A DNA stretch of 64,000 bases from Octopus sinensis. Taxonomy: Eukaryota. Below, piece after piece: positions 1 through 13,735 of this stretch (positions are counted from its first letter, which is position 1; the number at the start of each line of letters is the position of its first letter). Made by a program: the position numbers and the translations under genes. The stretch covers positions 51,460,001-51,524,000 of the forward strand of contig NC_042997.1 of NCBI RefSeq assembly GCF_006345805.1, read 5' to 3'. Under the pieces are notes generated by a model that made no database searches, was not told the DNA's origin, and was given only the letters and a program-made list of their open reading frames with translations.

Positions 1-300
1 TAAATTTAAGAAATGCATAATCAATTAATGCTTTTCTGGTTTAGAACTATAACCTATAAGTGCCATCTATTTGTTACCAATACTTTCTGTGGAGCTTTTA
101 ATATGTAAAATTTGTTCTCTCAATATTTATCAACACTATTCATGAATTGGTAGGCTGTCTTTGATTTTTCTATATAATCAATTCCAGTGGGTATAAATTC
201 TGCAAGAGGTTGAGTGTTTGCTGTTTTTTTAAGTTCATCATATTGCTTCTAATAATTTGACTGTGGTAAGATTCCAAGTTTGTTATGGTTCACTTATTTT

Positions 301-340
<40 letters not shown>
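301..340. repeat. (CA)n(TA)n microsatellite
   Basis: Directly visible acacacac...atatatat run. Confidence 0.95.
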
Positions 341-2164
341 CCCCTCTTTTATATGGATAATTAAAGGCAAATCAAGAAGCTTGCTAACTGAATACAGTTG
401 TTGCATTATATGCGAAATCAATTTGGTGGCTTTTCTTGCATATTTTCTATGAAGAACTGATCCCTAATGAAATGTGGTCCCCCAATTTTATTTTGACACT
501 TGAAATATGGTTGCATCATTGTTTTAGAAGTTATTAGGTAAGTTTTGTCAGTGGTCATGTTAAGTATTTTTCTAATAATTCCAACAATGATTTTAGCTCT
601 CATAACAGAACTCATTTTTGGTATCTTGAAATTTTATAGTTTTCATTCATTTTCTACTTTAAGCATTAATAAAATATGTCTTACATAAAATTACTTTCTT
701 TCAATAAAATAAATACTTCTACAATACAATTTCTAATACTTTCATTATGTAGTAAATAGTTAATACTTGAAAAGAAATCTTAAACTTTTGATATATTTTT
801 ATTTTTTATTTTATTTTTTTTTACATATAAATAGTTCCAAGCATTCCCTGAAAAAAAAAATGAAGTACTGATTCTAAGAATATGCTAGCTCTCATATTCT
901 AAATTTTAAGCTTTTAAATATAGTTCCCATTATTTTTGTTTTTACATTAACATGTATGGAACAACATCATAGATTCAGAAAGAATTGGAATCACAAATAG
1001 CTCCTATTTTCCTCAATTTTTTGATGTTTGTGCTGTTGTCTAAGGATTTAGATTTCACCAATAAAATATAATTGACAAACACCTTCCAAGTTGCAGCATT
1101 GAACCCAATATTCTTGCAAAATAAAACAAACTATTGTCTATATGCAAATTATAAAATTTTAAAAAATATTTATAAATTAGATTTGTGTAATGCCATTAAC
1201 TCATAACAAGCAAAAACCCAAGTTCAATAAAATGTTTATTATAAGCATCTTTTAATGTTCAAGTGACTTCTATTTTATTGCTTTCTTCTAATGTTTCTTT
1301 TGGCTCTCAGGATAAATATAACTTGTTTTAGTTTCCAGTATGAAATAATAGAATTAAATTTTCAATGAAACAATATAAAATATGGATTTTATTCAATATA
1401 AATATACATTTAGCATATGGATTTTCTGATACTTTTTATTTATTATATTCTATTTATTCTGCTCAAGACTTGTACAGACTTCACTAAAATTACATGACAA
1501 GGTAATATCCATTCTTTCTAAACTAAACATCATTACTTTTAGCTTGAAGTTCTTGTATGGTTATATATAGTAATCATTATTTTATTTAAGGACAAAAATG
1601 TATTTATTTTGATGTTATTCATTTTACAGGAACATCTAATTTTTGTTTTGCTTACCATTAAAAAACGATGCATAGCAATTAGATTTCTCTGAGAATTTGC
1701 TACTATTCTAATCATCATTATAATAATTCAGCTTTGCTAGTTATAGAAAATACATCAGCAATGGAAACTATAAACTAATTTGGTTGTACAATTTTCAAAT
1801 TGTGATTCTTTTTGTAACCAAAATAAATTATTTAATGTTTTACTGCTCTCCCCTCCCTTTCTCTCTAATCTCCTAATTTTCTCCCTATTTATCTATGCTA
1901 TGATGATTAATACTAAGTTATGAAAATTTCAGTTTTTCAGTTATCTGGAATGATGCTGCTATTTTATTTTATTAATTTTTCAAATTAACTATTGCTCCAT
2001 AAAATATTCATATTGATAACTATTATATGTTGCTTTTTTTAGTTCCTTTTTAGTATTTTAATAAATTAGATACTGATTAAAGTTTTGGGTTTTTTTTGCC
2101 TGTACAAGAAAAATAAATTCATTAAATAGATAATTTCTCCTCATCTTATTGAATAATCAATTCA

Positions 2165-2300
2165 TTGTGGTATTTAGTTGTGTATCTTTACATTCTGAGT
2201 TCAGATTTTACCTAGGTTAACTTTGCCTTTCATTCTTCTGGGTTTGTTAAAGTAAGTACCAGCTGATTACTGGATTCAGTTTAATTGATTATGCCCATCT
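2165..2300 (+). mobile_element. Decayed tRNA-derived SINE (family B here)
   Basis: tctttacattctgagttcaga...ttaactttgcctttcatt...aagtaccagctga matches copies at 50233, 52822 and 53590; B-box-like gagttca. Confidence 0.65.
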
Positions 2301-5300
2301 CGCATATTTGAGGCTTTATGCCTTTTTAGAAATCAGTATTAAGTAAGTGCGGCACTACTGTTATATATAAGTGCATTTAGAGCCATTGTCCACAATTTGC
2401 AAATTTTATGTGTATTTTAAAAATCCGGAAAAAACTGTCTTTTTATTGTAACAATGTAAATTTGGAAGATGACTAAGTACTGTCTAAAAATCATAGTGAA
2501 ATATCACTTGCTCCAATTGAATAATGTTCCAAGCTAAGATTTTTAAATAATCAATTGAAATATATTGTGATCTCACATTACTTTCTTTTTCCTTTGGCAT
2601 TCTTATAATAATTTTATGTAGTTTTAATTTTTTGTCTGGGACAGATGTGAATGTAAGAATGATATAAAATGGCTGATATTATGGTTCATTAGATTAACAC
2701 AACAAAGATAGCTGCTAAATAAAAGTATGAATAAGTTCATCGGCTGTTAGTTGATATAGAAATTGTTTCTAAAGATACTGATTCCTTCTAAGTGTGCTAA
2801 ACACTACATCCTAATAATCTGAGAAATACTGTCTCTTTTTACCTTTTCCCCCCATTAAAGTAGCCATTGGTGAAAGAATCAACCTCAGCTTATAATTTAT
2901 CTAATGAAGGAGAAAGTCAGATGCTTAACTCTAAACACATTTAGCAGTATTTTATAGATGTGTTTAGTGTAAATTTTCAGGGATTTGTGATATTAACAAA
3001 CATGTGAGGTAAGCTACAGAATTTTTAACAGTATCATATAAAATAATGTTACAGCTGCATAGATGCTAAGAGATCAAACAACATCATGAAAATTATTCTG
3101 GATGTGAACAGGAATTTAACTGTTTGAAATCATCATTGATAGAACTAATTGCATATGTTTCAGATTTTAAGCTATGGTTAGTTCTGATGTTCAAGCAAAA
3201 TACTGAAAAAATTGCAATAAATGTTTCCTTTATTTTATAATTTAAATATTTCTGAAAATATCAAAGAAATAAACCCCAGCAATGTTTTAAAGAGAATTAA
3301 AATGTTGTGTGAAGAGCCTCACAGATTTTGAATGTTTAAATTCAGTACTTATTACCTGAGTTCATGAAATATTTTTTTCATATTTAACTTTATGAATAAC
3401 AATAAGCATAATCTTCAACACAAACCTTAGCTGAATAGAATTTAGAAATGATTTATAGTACTAAAAAAATGAAAATTTATTTCAGGAGATGTATTGATCT
3501 TTATCCATTCATATATTTAAAGTCAATGTATTATTTCAGCTGCAACAAAGCTGCATCATGTAGTCTATAATTCAGTTCCTTTGAAGTTTATTAGTCTTAA
3601 AAGTTCAAACTTAGTTTCTGAACAATATAAATAGTCTGTATGATATTAATATATTGATAGCACTAAATGTTTTCAGTCTATAGATTTTTTATTGAAATAC
3701 TGAAGTATATTAAAATTCAAAATTTTATAAAAAATTTTATATTTTGCACAGCATATAAAAATATTTTATCTTGTAATTAGTAGTTTAATTATTGCAATAT
3801 AATAATATTGATTTTAAGCTTAAGGCTAATTTGAAATAAATGAATAAGAATTCATATATTTTGAATTAACCTTAATTCTACCATTGTAGAATTCAGTAGG
3901 TTGTACCCATTATATCATAGACACTTTGTTTTTATATTACTCTTCTCTTATTAATAGAATGGGGTTTTTTTTTAAAGAAATATGTACTGTAGGTGTGTAT
4001 ATATATATATATATTTGTTTGAATTCATGAAAGTAATTTAGTATCTACTTTATAATTTAATGGGTAAAACAATTATATCTTAAGATGTATAGTGAATATC
4101 TTATTTTCAAGAGTATAAAAACATGAATGATTATTTCTGATAATAACTTTATTGTCTTCACCTTTGTAAGGCTCTCACAAAATATATACCCACTTAAGTA
4201 GATAATAGATATTTAAATTTAAAGCATCATAAATTTCAAATGAATGGTTTTTCATAATTAATTACATTCCCAATATATTTTCCTTGATAAGTTTCATAGC
4301 TATTTGATCACGAAAGGGAAAACATAATTTAATTTTGGTGCATTCTTTTACTACTACAATAGTTTGCTTTTCATGAAATACATTTTAAGAAAGTAACAAG
4401 TTACTAGAAATCAAGAGAAATAATTATAAAGTAAATGATATATATAGCTCTGGTATATTTTCAGCAAGATTACTTGATATCAAGTTCTGTACAATAACAA
4501 CCTGTCCAGTCTTTCCGTTACAACATTTGATATTACTTTTTCTTTCCTACAAAAATTCCTTTTTGATTATATTTTCCTTCACCGTTTTATGTTTTCCAAT
4601 TGGGAAAAGAATTTTAAATTTTGAAAATTGTAAAATTGAAGGGTTTTTTAGTAATCCTTGACAATCATTTTATTTCATTTTATTTTTTATTTATCTTTTA
4701 ATGTGATAACATCTGCAAATCTTATATTTATTACCTGTATGATTCAAACTGATGTGGGAGAGTTAGCCTATAATGGTGTTCTTTTGCTCGTATATATATG
4801 AGTAATTCATTTTCCCTATTAGTATTGTTTAAATCTATAATATGCAAATCTCAGTGCAATAAGTGACTATCACTTGATATACTAATAAATATTGTTATAT
4901 CTTTACTTTCGTCTTTTTTAATTATTTCTATTATTTTATTTTATTAAGAAGTTTTCACATTTACTTATATTAGGTATCTAATAAGAGATATTTACTAATA
5001 TATAATCATAAACTAATAAGTAATTTAATATCTTAAAGACATTAGAAATTGAATGAAATTAGGCCAACTATCATATTTCATTAAGGAAATCATTCACCAG
5101 TTCTCATTTCTTATGTTACTTACATAATGTAAATGGCATAGAGGGATGAAATTTAGTATTTGAAGGTATTTTGGCAGCCTAAGAACTCTAAAATTTAAAG
5201 AAGCAGATTTTAAAGATAAGCAATTGAACTTATTATTGTTTAATAATAAATCATATTTAATTATTAAATACCTTCTGCTATGGCTTTATTTTCAAAAGAC

Positions 5301-6314
5301 CCAGCTTTTTAAAGAATAAAAAGAACTGAGAATAAAGCAAGGATTTAGTTTGGTGGTAATTTTTAAAAGATTAAGAATTTTCTTTATTAAATAAAACTTA
5401 ATCCTTACTAAGTATATTATGATTATTAACAAAATTCTATTCTTTAGATATTCAAAATTCTATAGAAATTCAAAATAGATTTAACCCATAAACTGAAGTG
5501 TAAGCCAACTGCAATAAAATGTAAGTAGAATATAATAAAATTAAACAAAATATAATAAAATAGTCAATATTTGCCTATTACAAAAATACCATCTTTTGAT
5601 TATAACAGGTTCACAAAGATTTTATTTTTAATGTACTAGATTTAAGAAATCAGAAATAGAATCTGAAAGATGCATGATAACAAAAAAGTTACAGATCACC
5701 TGAAAAACAACTTGCCTGGATACTAAAGAATTATTTGACAAGATATAACCACACTCCAGAAATAAAGCTTACTGAAAAGAAATGAAATATCTCCATAATG
5801 GCAATAGAGCCAAATAAAGAATTCAGTTTCTGAAAGCACAGGTGGTGGGGAACTAAATAGAAGTTTACTTTCATACACAAATAGTCAATTTACTTTCTCA
5901 GCTGCACAAAAATCTCTTGGAATTTTCAACAAATTCATTTTGCATTGGTACATTGAGAAAATTATTGTCTAGTGGAATGTTGTACGATTTTTAGTTTTGA
6001 TATTTTTGCAAATTATTGTATTCAGAGTTTAGAGGGTTTTGAGATGGCCAAGATAATAAAGCCCTTGACTAAATGCATTTCAGTATTTAATTTTTATATG
6101 ATATGTTCTATGTTCAAATACTGTCTGGGTCAACTTGATTTTTCATTGCTCCTCAATCAATAAAACAAGTACTGCTAATATAGTGATGAATACTTAGTTT
6201 GCTCTAGCTTTTTTGCATCAAAAATAGGCTCTGTGAATCTAAGAATCTGTGTTTAGTATTTGTCTCCTATTTTTGATGGTTTTAATAAAACATAGACACT
6301 AGCTTCTTTTATGA

Positions 6315-6319
6315 CTATA

Positions 6320-6364
<45 letters not shown>

Positions 6365-6381
6365 ATATATATATATATATA
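6315..6381. repeat. (TA)n microsatellite
   Basis: Directly visible. Confidence 0.95.
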
Positions 6382-7450
6382 ATTTGATCATGCTTTGTTT
6401 TTATAGTCCATTTGTCTCCATTCCTTTGACCCAATTTAAGAAACATGTAAGTTATGCATAAATTTATAACAATTTATTTTAGATCATTAAACATGAAATT
6501 TTTTTAGGAAAAAAAGATATATACCCATATCTATCTCACTCTAATTTCTTGATAATAGTAAAAGAAATGGAGGATAATAAAATAAATTCACAAGTTTCTT
6601 TAAAATTTACAACTAATAAGAATGACAACTCTTCTAAAAAGTAGCAATAGAATTTTGGAACAAAATATTTTATAATCTATTCTGATTTGCTAATAGTTCC
6701 AGCATTAGTCAAATTCATTATGAAATACTCTTACTTATAAATGGTTGCTAATGAAACAGTCCAACAGGCTTACATAACAACAAACCTTATCAAACAAAAA
6801 TTTGCCAACAGAATTCAATTATTGAAGCACACTGCTGAATTAAATCAAATTGAAAACGAATTTGTTAAAAATTTCTCTTCTATGTACTAAATAGTATATC
6901 AGACGGATGTTTTATTACAAAAATGTCAACATTTTTGGCTTTGCCTCTCAGCTGTGAAGAAAAGCATATGGTAAAAAATTACAATAATCAAAATTTCAGG
7001 ATATAATTTGGTTCCCAAGACAATGTATTAATTCCCACAGAATTGAATGTGTGGTGATTGTTATGAAATTATTGTTTGAAACTTTTTTTTTTTTCTTTTG
7101 ACATTTTCTAGAGTAAAAACTGTTTGAAACCATTGGTAATAAATATTTCTCAAAGAGTACTGCTTCCAATTGATCATTCAGTATTTTTTAAAGTGACATT
7201 CCTGATCAATATATTAATTATTCATTGATACTGTCTGTGATGTCCTGACATATATTAAATTAATTTCCCCTTCATTATGAATATATTTCATACTGGTTAT
7301 AACTATTTGTCCCATAATGATGAAAGGTATTTAAATTTATTTTAATCTTTTATTTGCTTTTCTTTCTTATTTCTAGTTAGTTTTTACTACAATTATTCCT
7401 GTCCATTCGGATTTGTTTTCATAATAGGAGTTTTAACCAACTTTTGTCTG

Positions 7451-7532
<82 letters not shown>
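7451..7532. repeat. (TATC)n tetranucleotide microsatellite
   Basis: About 20 perfect tcta/tatc units. Confidence 0.95.
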
Positions 7533-8439
7533 CATCTGCACTCTTACTTTTAATAATTCAGTTTCTAGGGTAAATTTATCTGGAATATATTTTAGGAAAC
7601 TCCAATGATTACTTTATGCAACTGAGATTTATTTTTGGTTTTATTTCACTATAGAAAATTTTAATTAGGATAAAAAAACTATCAACTAAATTATGGTCTG
7701 AGATTCTAGAAAAATTGTTTATTAGGGCAGTTTAATGTCTATTTAAAATTTTATTTTTTGTTCTTGTGGATTCATTGATGTATTAAATGAAAATGTTATC
7801 AATAAAAATGTTCTAATCTTTTTTTTCATTGTTATTGTCTAACATTTCTCAAAGTTGATAGTTAATTACTTTTTCTAGAAAATATAATCAGCTTTTCAAT
7901 TTTTACTGCTGACTAAATAACATTAAAACTGCTAAAAAAAAAGGTGGTTAAAATAAAGGATTATTTTACCGTGATGATAGCCTCTTCAATCCATAAATAT
8001 GTGTTAGGTTCTTATGAGGATGACAAAAATGATTATATACTTTCGTTTATGAGATAGTATAGTCTTGGATTTGTTGGGAGTAATATGCAAAGGTTTTTGA
8101 AGTTAGTAAAAGATGCCAATGTAATTAAGACGGAAAATTAGCTATCAAGACGTTCAAAAGTGTAACAGAGAAAAGAAAATACCATAAAGGAATAAACTAT
8201 CTGTCAGAATTAAAATCTACTAATTATACAATATAGCTGGGCATCAACATGACAACATATACAATAGAAGCAAGGCATTAAATTTATCAGTAGGGAAAGA
8301 TGTATAAATCTTGTCTGACTCTTTAAATGGTGGAAACCTCCAATAAGGTCATACTAGACTTTTCTCCATCAACAATAAAAAAAAAATACAAACTTTGCTC
8401 ACTGATATGAAGAAAATATTGTTGCACCTCATCATCTTT

Positions 8440-8912
8440 AAACATGAGTCACATGCAACCAAATCTCTCATAGTCAACTCAAATACTAGGTCTCATTATC
8501 ACTGTAGATCTTCCATAGCAAATACACATAGCTAGAACTTCATCTTCAAGACTTCAGGGTCTTTGAAGTATTTTCTACCTTCAGAGATAGAAAATACTTC
8601 AGCCCTCAGCAATTTTCAAAGTTCAAGTGAAACCTACAACTAAGACATTGTTACTGCCAAATACACGTAAGCATCCTAAATTGCATCCAGAGAAAGGCCT
8701 CCTGACTGATTGACATACAATGATTCCCAGATATGGACCAGCCTCTGGCCCACAGGTATGCTCATCAACTTGAAATGTTTTAAGCAACATGTTAACAGCA
8801 TCAGTCTTACCAATTTCAAAGGACTAGCATTGGTCATGGGCACCACACCTTTCTTCAGACCTAGCAAATAAAAATATTGCTGAAAAATAAGCATGCCAAA
8901 AAAAAAAAAAAT
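8440..8912 (+). mobile_element. Decayed L2/CR1/Jockey-type LINE 3' fragment with A-tail
   Basis: Manual translation LGLIITVDLP*QIHIA...KILQPSAIFKVQVKP resembles post-RT LINE sequence (LGxxIxxxLxWxxHI...YKAQxRP); poly-A near 8897-8910. Confidence 0.55.
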
Positions 8913-9479
8913 TAAGAAAAAACAATAATTGAAGTGGTCTAGAATGTCAATAGTCCAAGGGCTGAAATCATTCAAAGACCCCTATTTAGGCTGACTTTTG
9001 TAGGGTTAGAAAATATTAATTGTTTATAAATATCTCATAAGAACTTTTATGCTTACAAGTGAATCAAATGACAACACATTCAATGAGGAATCTTTCATTG
9101 ACCATCAAATATCTCTTTCTCTCCGTCCTTCTTACTGGGACTCTTATAGTAGAATTTGGAACTTAATGTTATTTAAAATTTCATTATATATGTTTAATCT
9201 TATATAATTAAAGGCATACATTTAGAATATTATTTAAATCATGAGAATTCCAAGTTTAAAACATTATTTAAATCATGAGAATTCCTCAACAGCAACAGGC
9301 TATGGTTGATCTATAAGAAAATATGAAGAGGGTCTATACTATGCAGGTATTTCAACCATAGGATCATTAGATATGTTATATCCATTACAACTCCTTTCAC
9401 ACACATAATACTTAACAGTTTTGTACCATATACTTTTGAGAGAAACACCTCATTTGACTTTTGAGTTTGAATGTTCTGG

Positions 9480-9835
9480 TAGATAATTGCAAGTTCAGTG
9501 TATTATCAACAGTGTAAGTGACCAAAAGTGTCTGTGAAATAAGCTTATGAAAAGGAATTTTGTTAGCCAAAACGATTCCAAGAATGAAATTTTAGCTTCC
9601 AGTAGTTGGTTTCATGTGTTGATAACCAAGTGCAGAAAGATTCTCTTTAGCATTGGTATCTGGCTTCAAGGTTGTTAGGGACCAGATTTAAAAGTACTGG
9701 TCCTCATGCAGCAACGTCTTTCACACTGCATAATGAGTTCTGATGGACTGCCACTTCATAGAGTATTGCTATTGCTGTTGATGACAAGGTGTCGATAGTT
9801 TCAGCTCTGTTGACTAAGAGCTTTCTTTTGGACTA
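9480..9835 (-). mobile_element. Decayed CR1-type LINE 3' end
   Basis: Minus strand reads GPVLLNLVPNN, like the CR1 C-terminal GPxLFNxLP motif. Confidence 0.45.
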
Positions 9836-10952
9836 AGTTAAATTAACAAAGTATGCTACATGAATTCTATCTATCCCCAGGATAGATAGAATGATAGACA
9901 TTTTGTATTCTTCCATGTCCAGCTTTTTCACAATTTATTATGTGCTTGAAGCATTTACATGATTATGCTATAAATAGATAGTAAAGTTATATTCACTCCA
10001 TTCACATTGCTGACTAATGTAATATCCAGAGTTTCCAGAAGATTATTCCAGTCATTTATTGCATATTTCTCAAAGTGCAATTCAGAATGTGATGATTTTT
10101 TTTATGCATATATATAAAAAAATTATTTTCTTTAAAATTATGCTTTTGCTGAAATGTCCCTTTGTTGTACCTGTTCATTTTATTTGTGTCAGGCTGTGTC
10201 ATAGTTATTCTTTTTGTTTAGTAGCTTTTTACTTTGGTGGTTGCTACCTGAAAATTAGAGTTTCTTAAAGTTTTTTCTATTTCATCTTTCAATTGAAATG
10301 TGTTGGTTAATCTCAGTATAGTTCTTTCTAAGTAATATATTGAAAGGAGTTGTTGGGTTTAAATTTACAAATACTTTTTAAAGGAAATTGGCACATTTTA
10401 TTTTTAGAGAATGGAATTTGTTTTTCTGTGTTAGATGATTCTGCTCATTAAAGATTTTTGTGTGATTACAAGGCATGACAGTTAAAAAGAAGTGTACTGG
10501 TACCTGAGTTAATAGCTTGAGTTCAATTTATCTGTTATCTTAGCTTGCTTCTGCAAATGTTATTTGTAATAGGGCTAATAAATCTAACTATAGTTCACTG
10601 TTTGCTTGTTACTGACATTTATGATCAATGATTAATAAGAATTTCAAGTGTTTCCCAATATCTACACATTACAAAGAATAGTATAGTGATTTCTTACATT
10701 GTTTTTGATTTGTTTCACTTGTTCATTATATATGAAAGAAACAAATTTTTTCAAGAAGGCAGTAAAGTTTTTTTATCCAAAAAGTAAAGTTGCCAACATT
10801 ACCAATGTCCAGAAAATGAAGGACAGTTCACAAGTATGAACCAAACTTTTTTATATCTTCCATTTATTCATCCTATCACATCTTGAGAGCTTGTAACATA
10901 TAAAAGGAGTTAACAGATTGCCCTTCTAGAGCAATGTTATATATACATACAT

Positions 10953-10996
<44 letters not shown>

Positions 10997-11454
10997 CAGT
11001 TTTCTCCACCGCTATCTATCCTCAACACAATCACTATCAACACCAAAACTGATACAACTGCAATTACCAATCCACCAACTTTTGAATAATTAACAGGCAA
11101 CAACTATAACAATATAAATATTTTAGCAATGTCTGTAGCTACACATGTTGTATGTTTATACATTGATGTGTTTGTGTGTGTTTAGTAGAGCATTGCGATT
11201 TCATAACTTAAAGTGGAAAGTGTGAAGTACCTATATGAACTTGATAACCCCTCAGGTAACTGAAACAATATAGTACTTCCTCTCATCTCACTCTTTTCAT
11301 TTTTTTCTTTTCCATTCTTTCAACCATAGTAAGAAGGCAACAATATTTTGCTCTCAGAAAACTGTTCTTTCCCTTATTTTTTTAATACATATTTGTTGAT
11401 TGCTATGGTAGTTGGATTTTACTACAATTCAAGTTGCCTGTAAAGAAGCCATCA

Positions 11455-12900
11455 AGTAGACCTGAATGCAGCCATGTAAGAAGGAACATTACAGTGGATA
11501 TTAAACTTGATTTTTGTTCAAAGGCTTGATATGGGTGTGGGAATCAACCACATGGCCAAAATGTTAAAGCTTGCGACATCAATATTCAGAACAGTACATG
11601 ACAGTAGAGAGAAAATCAAGTACTCATGAAGTTACTCTATTAACTGCATGTACCTCATAGATCTAATGTGATGATAAAAATGGAACAGTTCTCAAGTGTA
11701 TGGATTAAAGATCAGATTCAACATAATGTGCTGATTATTAATTATTATAATCAAAATTAAAAAAGAGCTGCAAGTTTGTATGACAATATGTTGAAAATTG
11801 AAGATGAAATATCTAATGCAAAACTCTTTGTTGACTTGTAAAAACTGGTTTGAAAGGTTAAAGAAATGCTTGAATTTGCACTACATAAAAATGACAGGTA
11901 TAGCTGTCAGTGCTGATTCAGAGGTTGCAACTAATTATCCAGAGCTGTTGAAGGAAATGATTACTTAAAGGGTTTACACACCAAAGTAAGTCTACAATGA
12001 TGATGAAACTGTACTTTTCTGAAAGCCCATGTCTCCTAGAACTTTTATTTCTTAAGAAAAAAAAAATCAATACCAGAATTTAAGGTTTCCAAAAATTGTT
12101 TGATGCATAATTTGGGAGGAAATGCTCCTGGCAATATAAAAGTAAAGCTCCTACTCATGTATCGTTCTGAAAATCCAAGAACTTTTAAGTTTAATCTACC
12201 TCTTATTTAGCATTCAAATAAGACAGTATGGGTGGCTAACAGTCTTTTTAAAAAGTAGTTTATAAACATATTTTGTCCTAGTATATAAAGGTACATTACC
12301 AGATATAATATTTCAAACAAAGCATCTTTTTAAAAACACACCAAGCCACACAGTGAAATTAAATGAGCTTTCTAATAATGTGAGAGTAGAAAATATCTTC
12401 AGAAATACACCTTCTTTGATTGAGCCAATGGAGCAAGGTGTGTTAGTTAACTTCAAGGCCTATACTCTGAGAACTTTAAAATAACCTATGAAAGCAATTT
12501 ACAGGGAATGTAAACCTACAGCTAAAGACTTCTGGAAAAAACTTCAGCATTATGGATGCTGTGGATGACATAGCTAAGACAAGGGATGAAGTGAAACCTT
12601 CAACTTCAAAAGGTGTTTGGCAAAATATATCATCAGACTGTATCCATGACTTTATACTTCTTTGACTAGTATTAAGTTGACACCAAATTAAGAACAATAT
12701 TGCAGCACTTGCAAATCTTTAAAGAAGTCATAAGGGATGATGTAATTGAATTGCTAGTGTCTCACAGAAAATTTATCTAACAGGGAGTTCATGTATTAGA
12801 ATAAAAGTAAACTGAGAATACAGATGAGAATAAGGAAATTCCAGCAAATTACTAAATATCACAAAATTATAAGAGGAGTTTATAATGAACTCAGTTCCAA
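11455..12900 (+). pseudogene. Tigger/pogo-family DNA transposon transposase relic
   Basis: With stops and frameshifts: RRNITVDIKLD...KLATSIFRTV (CENP-B-type HTH), NWFERLKK..LH.IKMTG..VSAD, VYNDDETVLF*KPMSPRTFIS, LGGNA.G..K.KLLLMYRSENPR, LIEPMEQGV. Confidence 0.9.
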
Positions 12901-13163
12901 CACTGAACTACATAAAGATATGATGCACAGTAAACATCAAACAACTTCAGATAATTTCTTCACCCTCAAGTATATGTTGATGATGAACTATTAGATTGAA
13001 GATTGTATCCCTCATCTGTCCAGTTGCTCTCATTCACAACCATACTTCACACAATAGTCAAAATTGTTTGTAATAAGAACATACCCTACTACAATATTAC
13101 ACTTCTTACTCATACTCTAACATATTTTCTTTAAATGTTTATACATACACATATTGCACTGTG

Positions 13164-13164
<1 letters not shown>

Positions 13165-13214
<50 letters not shown>

Positions 13215-13735
13215 CCATTTAGTGTCTGTTTTGTGGCATGGGTTGGATGGTTTGACTGGAACTGGTAAGGCTGGGAGTCCCACCAAGCTCCATTGTCTGT
13301 TCTTATATGGTTTCTACGACTGAATGCCCTTGCCCTTCCTAATGCCAACCACTCCAGTGTGTACTAGGTACATTTTTTGTGGCACCAGCACTTGTATAAA
13401 TTCTGCTGTGGCAGACAGATCTTCTTGAGTACAGCAAGACATTAGATATCTCAGCCCTTTGTCATCTCCTTTGTAAGGCTCAACATTTTGAGATTGGCCT
13501 TCAAAACTTCATTCCATGTCTTCCTAGGTCTTCCTCTTCCACAAGTCCTATCCACTTTAAGTACTTAGCACTTCTGTATGTAACCATCTACATCCATATG
13601 TATCACATGACCAAACCAGCATAGTCTTCTCTCTTACACATGGCATCTAATTCCTGTTATGTCCAGCTTTTCTTTCAATGCACTAATGCTGTTGCACATA
13701 TACACTGCTCCAGAAATAAAAGCTCTCTGAATTTT
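13165..13735 (-). mobile_element. RTE LINE 3' fragment with expanded (GAT)n tail
   Basis: (CAT)n run on + followed by the conserved RTE 3' UTR; ccatgtcttcctaggtcttcctcttcc is the reverse of GRGRPRKTW. Confidence 0.85.

Noticed and set aside
60-615. Host coding exons (65-aa ORF 418-615, protein-like stretches near 100-260, + donor at ~538)
   Set aside because: Frames close with stops and no consistent splice-site pair was found; possibly a very old TE relic that could not be assigned.
9229-9285. Short local tandem duplications (also at 19722-19790 and 44330-44400)
   Set aside because: Ordinary 33-35-bp slippage duplications with no further structure.
13135-13348. Poly-His and poly-Asp ORFs
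   Set aside because: Translations of the (CAT)n RTE tail; the same applies at 25129, 17388 and 57469.
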